A DNA stretch of 64,000 nucleotides from Utricularia gibba (taxonomy: Eukaryota > Plantae > Magnoliophyta): the NCBI GenBank assembly GCA_002189035.1, contig NEEC01000127.1, forward strand, positions 1 to 64,000, given 5' to 3'. Position numbers and translations under genes: made by a program. Shown here one piece after another: positions 9,901 through 23,700 of the stretch. Every line of letters starts with the position of its first letter. The stretch's first letter is position 1. The notes under the pieces were generated by a model. The model did not search any database. It was not told where the DNA came from and saw only the letters and a list, made by a program, of their open reading frames with translations.

Positions 9901-12900
9901 TCGCACACCGTTCGGCATCTCGTCGATATCCTGAAGACCGTGATGAGTCACGCTGCGCCCGGAATACCGTTTCGAAGCTCGTTCCGAGCCGGTCATCTTC
10001 CGTGTTTTAAAGCTTCTTCGTCCGAGGATGCATCAGAGCTCGAATTATCGCCTTCTATTAGCCTTCAGATGCGCCAAAGTGGCCACCACGTTCGCGACGA
10101 GCGACTTGGAACACCAAAATCGACCGATTGTAATTTTCGGCTTGCAAAACATCTGCGTTTTTTCGGGTGATGTGAAATATGGGTTTTCGAGGCGATCTTT
10201 GCACATGCTTAGGGTGTGTCCCTACCGAAGCCTCATGGTTTCCTCGCACACCGTTCGGCATCTCGTCGATATCCTGAAGACCGTGATGAGTCACGCTGCG
10301 CCCGGCATACCGTTTCGAAGCTCGTTCCGAGCCGGTCATCTTCCGTGTTGAAAGCTTCTTCGTCCGAGGATGCATCAGAGCTCGAATTATCGCCTTATAT
10401 TAGCCTTCAGATGCGCCACAAAGTGGCCACCACGTTCGCGACGATGCGACTTGAACACCAAATCGACGCGATTGTGATTTTCGGCTTGCAAAACATCTGC
10501 GTTTTTTGGGTGATGTGAAATATGGGTTTTCGAGGCGATCTTTGCACATGCTTAGGGTGTGTCCCTACCCGAAGCCTCATGGTTTCCTCGCACACCGTTC
10601 GGCATCTCGTCGATATCCTGAAGACCGTGATGAGTCACGCTGCGCCCGGAATACCGTTTCGAAGCTCGTTCCGAGCCGGTCATCTTCCGTGTTGAAAGCT
10701 TCTTCGTCCAGGATGCATCAGAGCTCGAATTATCGCCTTCTATTAGCCTTCAGATGCGCCACAAAGTGGCCACACGTTCGCGACGATGCGACTTGAACAC
10801 CAAAATCGACGCGATTGTGATTTTCGGCTTGCAAAACATCTGCGTTTTTTGGTGATGTGAAATATGGGTTTTCGAGGCGATCTTTGCACATGCTTAGGGT
10901 GTGTCCTACCGAAGCCTCATGGTTTCCTCGCACACCGTTCGGCATCTCGTCGATATCCTGAAGACCGTGATGAGTCACGCTGCGCCCGGCATACCGTTTC
11001 GAAGCTCGTTCCGAGCCGGTCATCTTCCGTGTTAAAGCTTCTTCGTCCGAGGATGCATCAGAGCTCGAATTATCGCCTTCTATTAGCCTTCAGATGCGCC
11101 ACAAAGTGGCCACCACGTTCGCGACGATGCGACTTGAACACCAAAATCGACGCGATTGTGATTTTCGGCTTGCAAAACATCTGCGTTTTTTCGGGTGATG
11201 TGAAATATGGGTTTTCGAGGCGATCTTTGCACATGCTTAGGGTGTGTCCTACGAAGCCTCATGGTTTCCTCGCACACCGTTCGGCATCTCGTCGATATCC
11301 TGAAGACCGTGATGAGTCACGCTGCGCCCGGCATACCGTTTCGAAGCTCGTTCCGAGCCGGTCATCTTCCGTGTTTAAAGCTTCTTCGTCCGAGGATGCA
11401 TCAGAGCTCGAATTATCGCCTTCTATTAGCCTTCAGATGCGCCACAAAGTGGCCACCACGTTCGCGACGATGCGACTTGAACACCAAAATCGACGCGATT
11501 GTGATTTTCGGCTTGCAAAACATCTGCGTTTTTCGGGTGATGTGAAATATGGGTTTTCGAGGCGATCTTTGCACACTGCTTAGGGTGTGTCCCTACCCGA
11601 AGCCTCATGGTTTCCTCGCACACCGTTCGGCATCTCGTCGATATCCTGAAGACCGTGATGAGTCACACTGCGCCCGGAATACCGTTTCGAAGCTCGTTCC
11701 GAGCCGGTCATCTTCCGTGTTGAAAGCTTCTTCGTCCGAGGATGCATCAGAGCTCGAATTATCGCCTTCTATTAGCCTTCAGATGTGCCACAAAGTGGCC
11801 ACCACGTTCGCGACGATGCGACTTGAACACCAGAATCGACGCGATTGTGATTTTCGGCTTGCAAAACATCTGCGTTTTTTTCGGGTGATGTGAAATATGG
11901 GTTTTCGAGGCGATCTTTGCACATGCTTAGGGTGTGTCCTACCGAAGCCTCATGGTTTCCTCGCACACCGTTCGGCATCTCGTCGATATCCTGAAGACCG
12001 TGATGAGTCACGCTGCGCCCGGAATACCGTTTCGAAGCTCGTTCCGAGCCGGTCATCTTCCGTGTTGAAAGCTTCTTCGTCCGAGGATGCATCAGAGCTC
12101 GAATTATCGCCTTCTATTAGCCTTCAGATGTGCCACAAAGTGGCCACCACGTTCGCGACGATGCGACTTGAACACCAAATCGACGCGATTTGATTTTCGG
12201 CTTGCAAAACATCTGCGTTTTTTGGGTGATGTGAAATATGGGTTTTCGAGCGATCTTTGCACATGCTTAGGGTGTGTCCCTACCCGAAGCCTCATGGTTT
12301 CCTCGCACACCGTTCGGCATCTCGTCGATATCCTGAAGACCGTGATGAGTCACGCTGCGCCCGGCATACCGTTTCGAAGCTCGTTCCGAGCCGGTCATCT
12401 TCCGTGTTGAAAAGCTTCTTCGTCCGAGGATGCATCAGAGCTCGAATTATCGCCTTCTATTAGCCTTCAGATGCGCCACAAAGTGGCCACCACGTTCGCG
12501 ACGATGCGACTTGAACAAGAATCGACGCGATTGTGATTTTCGGCTTGCAAAACATCTGCGTTTTTTTCGGGTGATGTGAAATATGGGTTTTCGAGGCGAT
12601 CTTTGCACATGCTTAGGTGTGTCCTACCGAAGCCTCATGGTTTCCTCGCACACCGTTCGGCATCTCGTCGATATCCTGAAGACCGTGATGAGTCACGCTG
12701 CGCCCGGCATACCGTTTCGAAGCTCGTTCCGAGCCGGTCATCTTCCGTGTTGAAAGCTTCTTCGTCCGAGGATGCATCAGAGCTCGAATTATCGCCTTCT
12801 ATTAGCCTTCAGATGCGCCACAAAGTGGCCACCACGTTCGCGACGATGCGACTTGAACACCAAATCGACGCGATTGTGATTTTCGGCTTGCAAAACATCT

Positions 12901-15900
12901 GCGTTTTTTCGGGTGATGTGAAATATGGGTTTTCGAGGCGATCTTTGCACATGCTTAGGGTGTGTCCTACCCGAAGCCTCATGGTTTCCTCGCACACCGT
13001 TCGGCATCTCGTCGATATCCTGAAGACCGTGATGAGTCACGCTGCGCCCGGAATACCGTTTCGAAGCTCGTTCCGAGCCGGTCATCTTCCGTGTTGAAAG
13101 CTTCTTCGTCCGGATGCATCAGAGCTCGAATTATCGCCTTCTATTAGCCTTCAGATGCGCCACAAAGTGGCCACCACGTTCGCGACGATGCGACTTGAAC
13201 AAAATCGACGCGATTGTGATTTTCGGCTTGCAAAACATCTGCGTTTTTTCGGGTGATGTGAAATATGGGTTTTCGAGGCGATCTTTGCACATGCTTAGGG
13301 TGTGTCCCTACCGAAGCCTCATGGTTTCCTCGCACACCGTTCGGCATCTCGTCGATATCCTGAAGACCGTGATGAGTCACGCTGCGCCCGGAATACCGTT
13401 TCGAAGCTCGTTCCGAGCCGGTCATCTTCCGTGTTTGAAAGCTTCTTCGTCCGAGGATGCATCAGAGCTCGAATTATCGCCTTCTATTAGCCTTCAGATG
13501 CGCCACAAAGTGGCCACCACGTTCGCGACGATGCGACTTGAACACCAAAATCGACGCGATTGTGATTTTCGGCTTGCAAAACATCTGCGTTTTTTGGGTG
13601 ATGTGAAATATGGGTTTTCGAGGCGATCTTTGCACATGCTTAGGGTGTGTCCCTACCGAAGCCTCATGGTTTCCTCGCACACCGTTCGGCATCTCGTTAT
13701 ATCCTGAAGACCGTGATGAGTCACGCTGCCCGGAATACCGTTTCGAAGCTCGTTCCGAGCCGGTCATCTTCCGTGTTGAAAGCTTCTTCGTCCGAGGATG
13801 CATCAGAGCTCGAATTATCGCCTTCTATTAGCCTTCAGATGCGCCACAAAGTGGCCACCACGTTCGCGACGATGCGACTTGAACACCAAATCGACGCGAT
13901 TGTGATTTTCGGCTTGCAAAACATCTGCGTTTTTTCGGGTGATGTGAAATATGGGTTTTCGAGGCGATCTTTGCACATGCTTAGGGTGTGTCCTACCGAA
14001 GCCTCATGGTTTCCTCGCACACCGTTCGGCATCTCGTCGATATCCTGAAGACCGTGATGAGTCACGCTGCGCCCGGAATACCGTTTCGAAGCTCGTTCCG
14101 AGCCGGTCATCTTCCGTGTTGAAAGCTTCTTCGTCCGAGGATGCATCAGAGCTCGAATTATCGCCTTCTATTAGCCTTCAGATGCGCCACAAAGTGGCCA
14201 CCACGTTCGCGACGATGCGACTTGAACACCAAATCGACCGATTGTGATTTTCGGCTTGCAAAACATCTGCGTTTTTTTGGGTGATGTGAAATATGGGTTT
14301 TCGAGGCGATCTTTGCACATGCTTAGGGTGTGTCCCTACCCGAAGCCTCATGGTTTCCTCGCACACCGTTCGGCATCTCGTCGATATCCTGAAGACCGTG
14401 ATGAGTCACGCTGCGCCCGGCATACCGTTTCGAAGCTCGTTCCGAGCCGGTCATCTTCCGTGTTGAAAGCTTCTTCGTCCGAGGATGCATCAGAGCTCGA
14501 ATTATCGCCTTCTATTAGCCTTCAGATGCGCCACAAAGTGGCCACCACGTTCGCGACGATGCGACTTGAACACCAAAATCGACGCGATTGTGATTTTCGG
14601 CTTGCAAAACATCTGCGTTTTTTTCGGGTGATGTGAAATATGGGTTTTCGAGGCGATCTTTGCACATGCTTAGGGTGTGTCCCTACCGAAGCCTCATGGT
14701 TTCCTCGCACACCGTTCGGCATCTCGTCGATATCCTGAAGACCGTGATGAGTCACGCTGCGCCCGGCATACCGTTTCGAAGCTCGTTCCGAGCCGGTCAT
14801 CTTCCGTGTTGAAAGCTTCTTCGTCCGAGGATGCATCAGAGCTCGAATTATCGCCTTCTATTAGCCTTCAGATGCGCCACAAAGTGGCCACCACGTTCGC
14901 GACGATGCGACTTGAACACCAAATCGACGCGATTGTAATTTTCGGCTTGCAAAACATCTGCGTTTTTTTGGGTGATGTGAAATATGGGTTTTCGAGGCGA
15001 TCTTTGCACATGCTTAGGGTGTGTCCCTACCGAAGCCTCATGGTTTCCTCGCACACCGTTCGGCATCTCGTCGATATCCTGAAGACCGTGATGAGTCACG
15101 CTGCGCCCATACCGTTTCGAAGCTCGTTCCGAGCCGGTCATCTTCCGTGTTGAAAGCTTCTTCGTCCAGGATGCATCAGAGCTCGAATTATCGCCTTCTA
15201 TTAGCCTTCAGATGCGCCACAAAGTGGCCACCACGTTCGCGACGATGCGACTTGGAACACCAAATCGACGCGATTGTGATTTTCGGCTTGCAAAACATCT
15301 GCGTTTTTTCGGGTGATGTGAAATATGGGTTTTCGAGGCGATCTTTGCACATGCTTAGGGTGTGTCCCTACCGAAGCCTCATGGTTTCCTCGCACACCGT
15401 TCGGCATCTCGTCGATATCCTGAAGACCGTGATGAGTCACGCTGCGCCCGGCATACCGTTTCGAAGCTCGTTCCGAGCCGGTCATCTTCCGTGAAAGCTT
15501 CTTCGTCCGAGATGCATCAGAGCTCGAATTATCGCCTTCTATTAGCCTTCAGATGCGCCACAAAGTGGCCACCACGTTCGCGACGATGCGACTTGAACAC
15601 CAAAATCGACGCGATTGTGATTTTCGGCTTGCAAAACATCTGCGTTTTTCGGGTGATGTGAAATATGGGTTTTCGAGGCGATCTTTGCACATGCTTAGGG
15701 TGTGTCCCTACGAAGCCTCATGGTTTCCTCGCACACCGTTCGGCATCTCGTCGATATCCTGAAGACCGTGATGAGTCACGCTGCGCCCGGAATACCGTTT
15801 CGAAGCTCGTTCCGAGCCGGTCATCTTCCGTGTTTAAAGCTTCTTCGTCCGAGGATGCATCAGAGCTCGAATTATCGCCTTCTATTAGCCTTCAGATGCG

Positions 15901-17613
15901 CACAAAGTGGCCACCACGTTCGCGACGATGCGACTTGAACACCAAAATCGACGCGATTGATTTTCGGCTTGCAAAACATCTGCGTTTTTTGGGTGATGTG
16001 AAATATGGGTTTTCGAGGCGATCTTGCACATGCTTAGGTGTGTCCCTACCCGAAGCCTCATGGTTTCCTCGCACACCGTTCGGCATCTCGTCGATATCCT
16101 GAAGACCGTGATGAGTCACGCTGCCCGGATACCGTTTCGAAGCTCGTTCCGAGCCGGTCATCTTCCGTGTTGAAAGCTTCTTCGTCCGAGGATGCATCAG
16201 AGCTCGAATTATCGCCTTCTATTAGCCTTCAGATGTGCCACAAAGTGGCCACCACGTTCGCGACGATGCGACTTGAACACCAAATCGACGCGATTGTGAT
16301 TTTCGGCTTGCAAAACATCTGCGTTTTTTCGGGTGATGTGAAATATGGGTTTTCGAGGCGATCTTTGCACATGCTTAGGGTGTGTCCCTACCGAAGCCTC
16401 ATGGTTTCCTCGCACACCGTTCGGCATCTCGTCGATATCCTGAAGACCGTGATGAGTCACGCTGCGCCCGGCATACCGTTTCGAAGCTCGTTCCGAGCCG
16501 GTCATCTTCCGTGTTTAAAGCTTCTTCGTCCGAGGATGCATCAGAGCTCGAATTATCGCCTTCTATTAGCCTTCAGATGTGCCACAAAGTGGCCACCACG
16601 TTCGCGACGATGCGACTTGAACACCAGAATCGACGCGATTGATTTTCGGCTTGCAAAACATCTGCTTTTTGGTGATGTGAAATATGGGTTTTCGAGGCGA
16701 TCTTTGCACATGCTTAGGGTGTGTCCCTACCCGAAGCCTCATGGTTTCCTCGCACACCGTTCGGCATCTCGTCGATATCCTGAAGACCGTGATGAGTCAC
16801 GCTGCGCCCGGAATACCGTTTCGAAGCTCGTTCCGAGCCGGTCATCTTCCGTGTTGAAAGCTTCTTCGTCCGAGGATGCATCAGAGCTCGAATTATCGCC
16901 TTCTATTAGCCTTCAGATGCGCCACAAAGTGGCCACCACGTTCGCGACGATGCGACTTGAACACAAAATCGACGCGATTGTGATTTTCGGCTTGCAAAAC
17001 ATCTGCGTTTTTTTCGGGTGATGTGAAATATGGGTTTTCGAGGCGATCTTTGCACATGCTTAGGGTGTGTCCTACGAAGCCTCATGGTTTCCTCGCACAC
17101 CGTTCGGCATCTCGTCGATATCCTGAAGACCGTGATGAGTCACGCTGCGCCCGGAATACCGTTTCGAAGCTCGTTCCGAGCCGGTCATCTTCCGTGTTTA
17201 AAGCTTCTTCGTCCGAGGATGCATCAGAGCTCGAATTATCGCCTTCTATTAGCCTTCAGATGTGCCACAAAGTGGCCACCACGTTCGCGACGATGCGACT
17301 TGAACACCAAAAATCGACGCGATTGTGATTTTCGGCTTGCAAAACATCTGCGTTTTTTCGGGTGATGTGAAATATGGGTTTTCGAGGCGATCTTTGCACA
17401 TGCTTAGGGTGTGTCCCTACGAAGCCTCATGGTTTCCTCGCACACCGTTCGGCATCTCGTCGATATCCTGAAGACCGTGATGAGTCACGCTGCGCCCGGC
17501 ATACCGTTTCGAAGCTCGTTCCGAGCCGGTCATCTTCCGTTTTAAAGCTTCTTCGTCCGAGGATGCATCAGAGCTCGAATTATCGCCTTCTATTAGCCTT
17601 TAGATGCGCCACA

Positions 17614-17760
17614 AAGTGGCCACCACGTTCGCGACGATGCGACTTGAACACCAGAATCGACGCGATTGATTTTCGGCTTGCAAAACATCTGCGTTTTTTG
17701 GGTGATGTGAAATATGGGTTTTCGAGGCGATCTCGCGACGATGCGACTTGGAACACCAAA
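17614..17760. other. Truncated monomer and in-array junction at 17733 (layer I/II boundary)
   Basis: Reads ...TTTTCGAGGCGATCT|CGCGACGATGCGACTTGGAAC..., so monomer position ~124 is joined to position ~18, skipping ~240 bp with 1 nt of overlap. Confidence 0.9.
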
Positions 17761-20700
17761 ATCGACGCGATTGTGATTTTCGGCTTGCAAAACATCTGCG
17801 TTTTTTCGGGTGATGTGAAATATGGGTTTTCGAGGCGATCTTTGCACATGCTTAGGGTGTGTCCTACCCGAAGCCTCATGGTTTCCTCGCACCGTTCGGC
17901 ATCTCGTCGATATCCTGAAGACCGTGATGAGTCACGCTGCGCCCGGAATACCGTTTCGAAAGCTCGTTCCGAGCCGGTCATCTTCCGTGTTTAAAGCTTC
18001 TTCGTCCGAGGATGCATCAGAGCTCGAATTATCGCCTTCTATTAGCCTTCAGATGTGCCACAAAGTGGCCACCACGTTCGCGACGATGCGACTTGGAACA
18101 CCAAAATCGACGTGATTGTGATTTTCGGCTTGCAAAACATCTGCGTTTTTTCGGGTGATGTGAAATATGGGTTTTCGAGGCGATCTTTGCACATGCTTAG
18201 GGTGTGTCCCTACCGAAGCCTCATGGTTTCCTCGCACACCGTTCGGCATCTCGTCGATATCCTGAAGACCGTGATGAGTCACGCTGCGCCCGGATACCGT
18301 TTCGAAGCTCGTTCCGAGCCGGTCATCTTCCGTGTTGAAAGCTTCTTCGTCCGAGGATGCATCAGAGCTCGAATTATCGCCTTATATTAGCCTTCAGATG
18401 TGCCACAAAGTGGCCACCACGTTCGCGACGATGCGACTTGGAACACCAAAATCGACGTGATTGTATTTTTCGGCTTGCAAAACATCTGCGTTTTTTCGGG
18501 TGATGTGAAATATGGGTTTTCGAGGCGATCTTTGCACATGCTTAGGGTGTGTCCTACCCGAAGCCTCATGGTTTCCTCGCACACCGTTCGGCATCTCGTC
18601 GATATCCTGAAGACCGTGATGAGTCACGCTGCGCCCGGAATACCGTTTCGAAGCTCGTTCCGAGCCGGTCATCTTCCGTGTTGAAAGCTTCTTCGTCCGA
18701 GGATGCATCAGAGCTCGAATTATCGCCTTCTATTAGCCTTCAGATGTGCCACAAAGTGGCCACCACGTTCGCGAACGATGCGACTTGGAACACCAAAATC
18801 GACGTGATTGTAATTTTCGGCTTGCAAAACATCTGCGTTTTTTCGGGTGATGTGAAATATGGGTTTTCGAGGCGATCTTTGCACATGCTTAGGGTGTGTC
18901 CCTACCCGAAGCCTCATGGTTTCCTCGCACACCGTTCGGCATCTCGTCGATATCCTGAAGACCGTGATGAGTCACGCTGCGCCCGGAATACCGTTTCGAA
19001 GCTCGTTCCGAGCCGGTCATCTTCCGTGTTAAAGCTTCTTCGTCCGAGGATGCATCAGAGCTCGAATTATCGCCTTCTTTAGCCTTCAGATGTGCCAAAA
19101 AGTGGCCACCACGTTCGCGACGATGCGACTTGGAACACCAATCGACGCGATTGTAATTTTCGGCTTGCAAAACATCTGCGTTTTTTCGGGTGATGTGAAA
19201 TATGGGTTTTCGAGGCGATCTTTGCACATGCTTAGGGTGTGTCCCTACCGAAGCCTCATGGTTTCCTCGCACACCGTTCGGCATCTCGTCGATATCCTGA
19301 AGACCGTGATGAGTCACGCTGCGCCCGGATACCGTTTCGAAGCTCGTTCCGAGCCGGTCATCTTCCGTGTTGAAAGCTTCTTCGTCCGAGGATGCATCAG
19401 AGCTCGAATTATCGCCTTCTATTAGCCTTCAGATGTGCCACAAAGTGGCCACCACGTTCGCGACGATGCGACTTGGAACACCAAAAATCGACGCGATTGT
19501 AATTTTCGGCTTGCAAAACATCTGCGTTTTTTCGGGTGATGTGAAATGGGTTTTCGAGGCGATCTTTGCACATGCTTAGGGTGTGTCCCTACCGAAGCCT
19601 CATGGTTTCCTCGCACACCGTTCGGCATCTCGTCGATATCCTGAAGACCGTGATGAGTCACGCTGCGCCCGGAATACCGTTTCGAAGCTCGTTCCGAGCC
19701 GGTCATCTTCCGTGTTGAAAGCTTCTTCGTCCGAGGATGCATCAGAGCTCGAATTATCGCCTTCTATTAGCCTTCAGATGTGCCACAAAGTGGCCACCAC
19801 GTTCGCGACGATGCGACTTGGAACACCAAAATCGACGCGATTGTGATTTTCGGCTTGCAAAACATCTGCGTTTTTTCGGGTGATGTGAAATATGGGTTTT
19901 CGAGGCGATCTTTGCACATGCTTAGGGTGTGTCCTACCGAAGCCTCATGGTTTCCTCGCACACCGTTCGGCATCTCGTCGATATCCTGAAGACCGTGATG
20001 AGTCACGCTGCGCCCGGCAATACCGTTTCGAAGCTCGTTCCGAGCCGGTCATCTTCCGTGTTGAAAGCTTCTTCGTCCGAGGATGCATCAGAGCTCGAAT
20101 TATCGCCTTCTATTAGCCTTCAGATGTGCCACAAAGTGGCCACCACGTTCGCGACGATGCGACTTGGAACACCAAAATCGCGATTGTAATTTTCGGCTTG
20201 CAAAACATCTGCGTTTTTTGGGTGATGTGAAATATGGGTTTTCGAGGCGATCTTTGCACATGCTTAGGGTGTGTCCTACCGAAGCCTCATGGTTTCCTCG
20301 CACACCGTTCGGCATCTCGTCGATATCCTGAAGACCGTGATGAGTCACGCTGCGCCCGGATACCGTTTCGAAGCTCGTTCCGAGCCGGTCATCTTCCGTG
20401 TTGAAAGCTTCTTCGTCCGAGGATGCATCAGAGCTCGAATTATCGCCTTCTATTAGCCTTCAGATGTGCCACAAAGTGGCCACGTTCGCGACGATGCGAC
20501 TTGGAACACCAAATCGACGTGATTGTAATTTTCGGCTTGCAAAACATCTGCGTTTTTTCGGGTGATGTGAAATATGGGTTTTCGAGGCGATCTTTGCACA
20601 TGCTTAGGGTGTGTCCCTACCGAAGCCTCATGGTTTCCTCGCACACCGTTCGGCATCTCGTCGATATCCTGAAGACCGTGATGAGTCACGCTGCGCCCGG

Positions 20701-23700
20701 ATACCGTTTCGAAGCTCGTTCCGAGCCGGTCATCTTCCGTGTTGCTTCTTCTTCGTCCGAGGATGCATCAGAGCTCGAATTATCGCCTTCTATTAGCCTT
20801 CAGATGTGCCACAAAGTGGCCACCACGTTCGCGACGATGCGACTTGGAACACCAAAATCGACGCGATTGTGATTTTCGGCTTGCAAAACATCTGCGTTTT
20901 TTCGGGTGATGTGAAATATGGGTTTTCGAGGCGATCTTTGCACATGCTTAGGGTGTGTCCTACCCGAAGCCTCATGGTTTCCTCGCACACCGTCGGCATC
21001 TCGTCGATATCCTGAAGACCGTGATGAGTCACGCTGCGCCCGGAATACCGTTTCGAAGCTCGTTCCGAGCCGGTCATCTTCCGTGTTGAAAGCTTCTTCG
21101 TCCGAGGATGCATCAGAGCTCGAATTATCGCCTTCTATTAGCCTTCAGATGTGCCACAAAGTGGCCACCACGTTCGCGACGATGCGACTTGGAACACCAA
21201 AATCGACGTGATTGTAATTTTCGGCTTGCAAAACATCTGCGTTTTTTCGGGTGATGTGAAATATGGGTTTTCGAGGCGATCTTTGCACATGCTTAGGGTG
21301 TGTCCCTACTCGAAGCCTCATGGTTTCCTCGCACACCGTTCGGCATCTCGTCGATATCCTGAAGACCGTGATGAGTCACGCTGCGCCCGGAATACGTTTC
21401 GAAGCTCGTTCCGAGCCGGTCATCTTCCGTGTTGAAAGCTTCTTCGTCCGAGGATGCATCAGAGCTCGAATTATCGCCTTCTATTAGCCTTCAGATGTGC
21501 CACAAAGTGGCCACCACGTTCGCGACGATGCGACTTGGAACACCAAAATCGACGTGATTGTAATTTTCGGCTTGCAAAACATCTGCGTTTTTTCGGGTGA
21601 TGTGAAATATGGGTTTTCGAGGCGATCTTTGCACATGCTTAGGGTGTGTCCTACTGAAGCCTCATGGTTTCCTCGCACACCGTTCGGCATCTCGTCGATA
21701 TCCTGAAGACCGTGATGAGTCACGCTGCGCCCGGAATACCGTTTCGAAGCTCGTTCCGAGCCGGTCATCTTCCGTGTTGAAAGCTTCTTCGTCCGAGGAT
21801 GCATCAGAGCTCGAATTATCGCCTTCTATTAGCCTTCAGATGTGCCACAAAGTGGCCACCACGTTCGCGACGATGCGACTTGGAACACCAAAATCGACGT
21901 GATTGTAATTTTCGGCTTGCAAAACATCTGCGTTTTTTCGGTGATGTGAAATATGGGTTTTCGAGGCGATCTTTGCACATGCTTAGGGTGTGTCCCTACG
22001 AAGCCTCATGGTTTCCTCGCACACCGTTCGGCATCTCGTCGATATCCTGAAGACCGTGATGAGTCACGCTGCGCCCGGAATACCGTTTCGAAGCTCGTTC
22101 CGAGCCGGTCATCTTCCGTGTTGAAAGCTTCTTCGTCCGAGGATGCATCAGAGCTCGAATTATCGCCTTCTATTAGCCTTCAGATGTGCCACAAAGTGGC
22201 CACCACGTTCGCGACGATGCGACTTGGAACACCAAAATCGACGTGATTGTATTTTTCGGCTTGCAAAACATCTGCGTTTTTTCGGGTGATGTGAAATATG
22301 GGTTTTCGAGGCGATCTTTGCACATGCTTAGGGTGTGTCCCTACGAAGCCTCATGGTTTCCTCGCACACCGTTCGGCATCTCGTCGATATCCTGAAGACC
22401 GTGATGAGTCACGCTGCGCCGGAATACCGTTTCGAAGCTCGTTCCGAGCCGGTCATCTTCCGTGTTGAAAGCTTCTTCGTCCGAGGATGCATCAGAGCTC
22501 GAATTATCGCCTTCTATTAGCCTTCAGATGTGCCACAAAGTGGCCACCACGTTCGCGACGATGCGACTTGGAACACCAAAATCGACGCGATTGTAATTTT
22601 CGGCTTGCAAAACATCTGCGTTTTTTTGGGTGATGTGAAATATGGGTTTTCGAGGCGATCTTTGCACATGCTTAGGGTGTGTCCTACGAAGCCTCATGGT
22701 TTCCGCACACCGTTCGGCATCTCGTCGATATCCTGAAGACCGTGATGAGTCACGCTGCGCCCGGAATACCGTTTCGAAGCTCGTTCCGAGCCGGTCATCT
22801 TCCGTGTTGAAAGCTTCTTCGTCCGAGGATGCATCAGAGCTCGAATTATCGCCATATTAGCCTTCAGATGTGCCACAAAGTGGCCACCACGTTCGCGAAC
22901 GATGCGACTTGGAACACCAAAATCGACGCGATTGTGATTTTCGGCTTGCAAAACATCTGCGTTTTTTCGGGTGATGTGAAATATGGGTTTTCGAGGCGAT
23001 CTTTGCACATGCTTAGGGTGTGTCCTACCCGAAGCCTCATGGTTTCCTCGCACACCGTTCGGCATCTCGTCGATATCCTGAAGACCGTGATGAGTCACGC
23101 TGCGCCCGGAATACCGTTTCGAAGCTCGTTCCGAGCCGGTCATCTTCCGTGTTGAAAGCTTCTTCGTCCGAGGATGCATCAGAGCTCGAATTATCGCCTT
23201 ATATTAGCCTTCAGATGTGCCACAAAGTGGCCACCACGTTCGCACGATGCGACTTGGAACACCAAAATCGACGTGATTGTAATTTTCGGCTTGCAAAACA
23301 TCTGCGTTTTTTCGGGTGATGTGAAATATGGGTTTTCGAGGCGATCTTTGCACATGCTTAGGGTGTGTCCCTACCGAAGCCTCATGGTTTCCTCGCACAC
23401 CGTTCGGCATCTCGTCGATATCCTGAAGACCGTGATGAGTCACGCTGCGCCGGAATACCGTTTCGAAGCTCGTTCCGAGCCGGTCATCTTCCGTGTTGAA
23501 AGCTTCTTCGTCCGAGGATGCATCAGAGCTCGAATTATCGCCTTCTATTAGCCTTCAGATGTGCCACAAAGTGGCCACCACGTTCGCGACGATGCGACTT
23601 GAACACCAAAATCGACGCGATTGTGATTTTCGGCTTGCAAAACATCTGCGTTTTTTCGGGTGATGTGAAATATGGGTTTTCGAGGCGATCTTTGCACATG

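Larger units (their letters stand above)
1..17733. repeat. Sub-array / layer I (~53 monomers)
   Basis: Mostly GATGCGCCAC, CTTGAAC (a few CTTGTAAC or CTTGGAAC), GACGCGATTGTGATT, CATCAG and CTTCTATT. Polymorphic for CGGAAT/CGGCAT, CCAAAATC/CCAGAATC and TTGAAAG/TTTAAAG. Confidence 0.8.
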
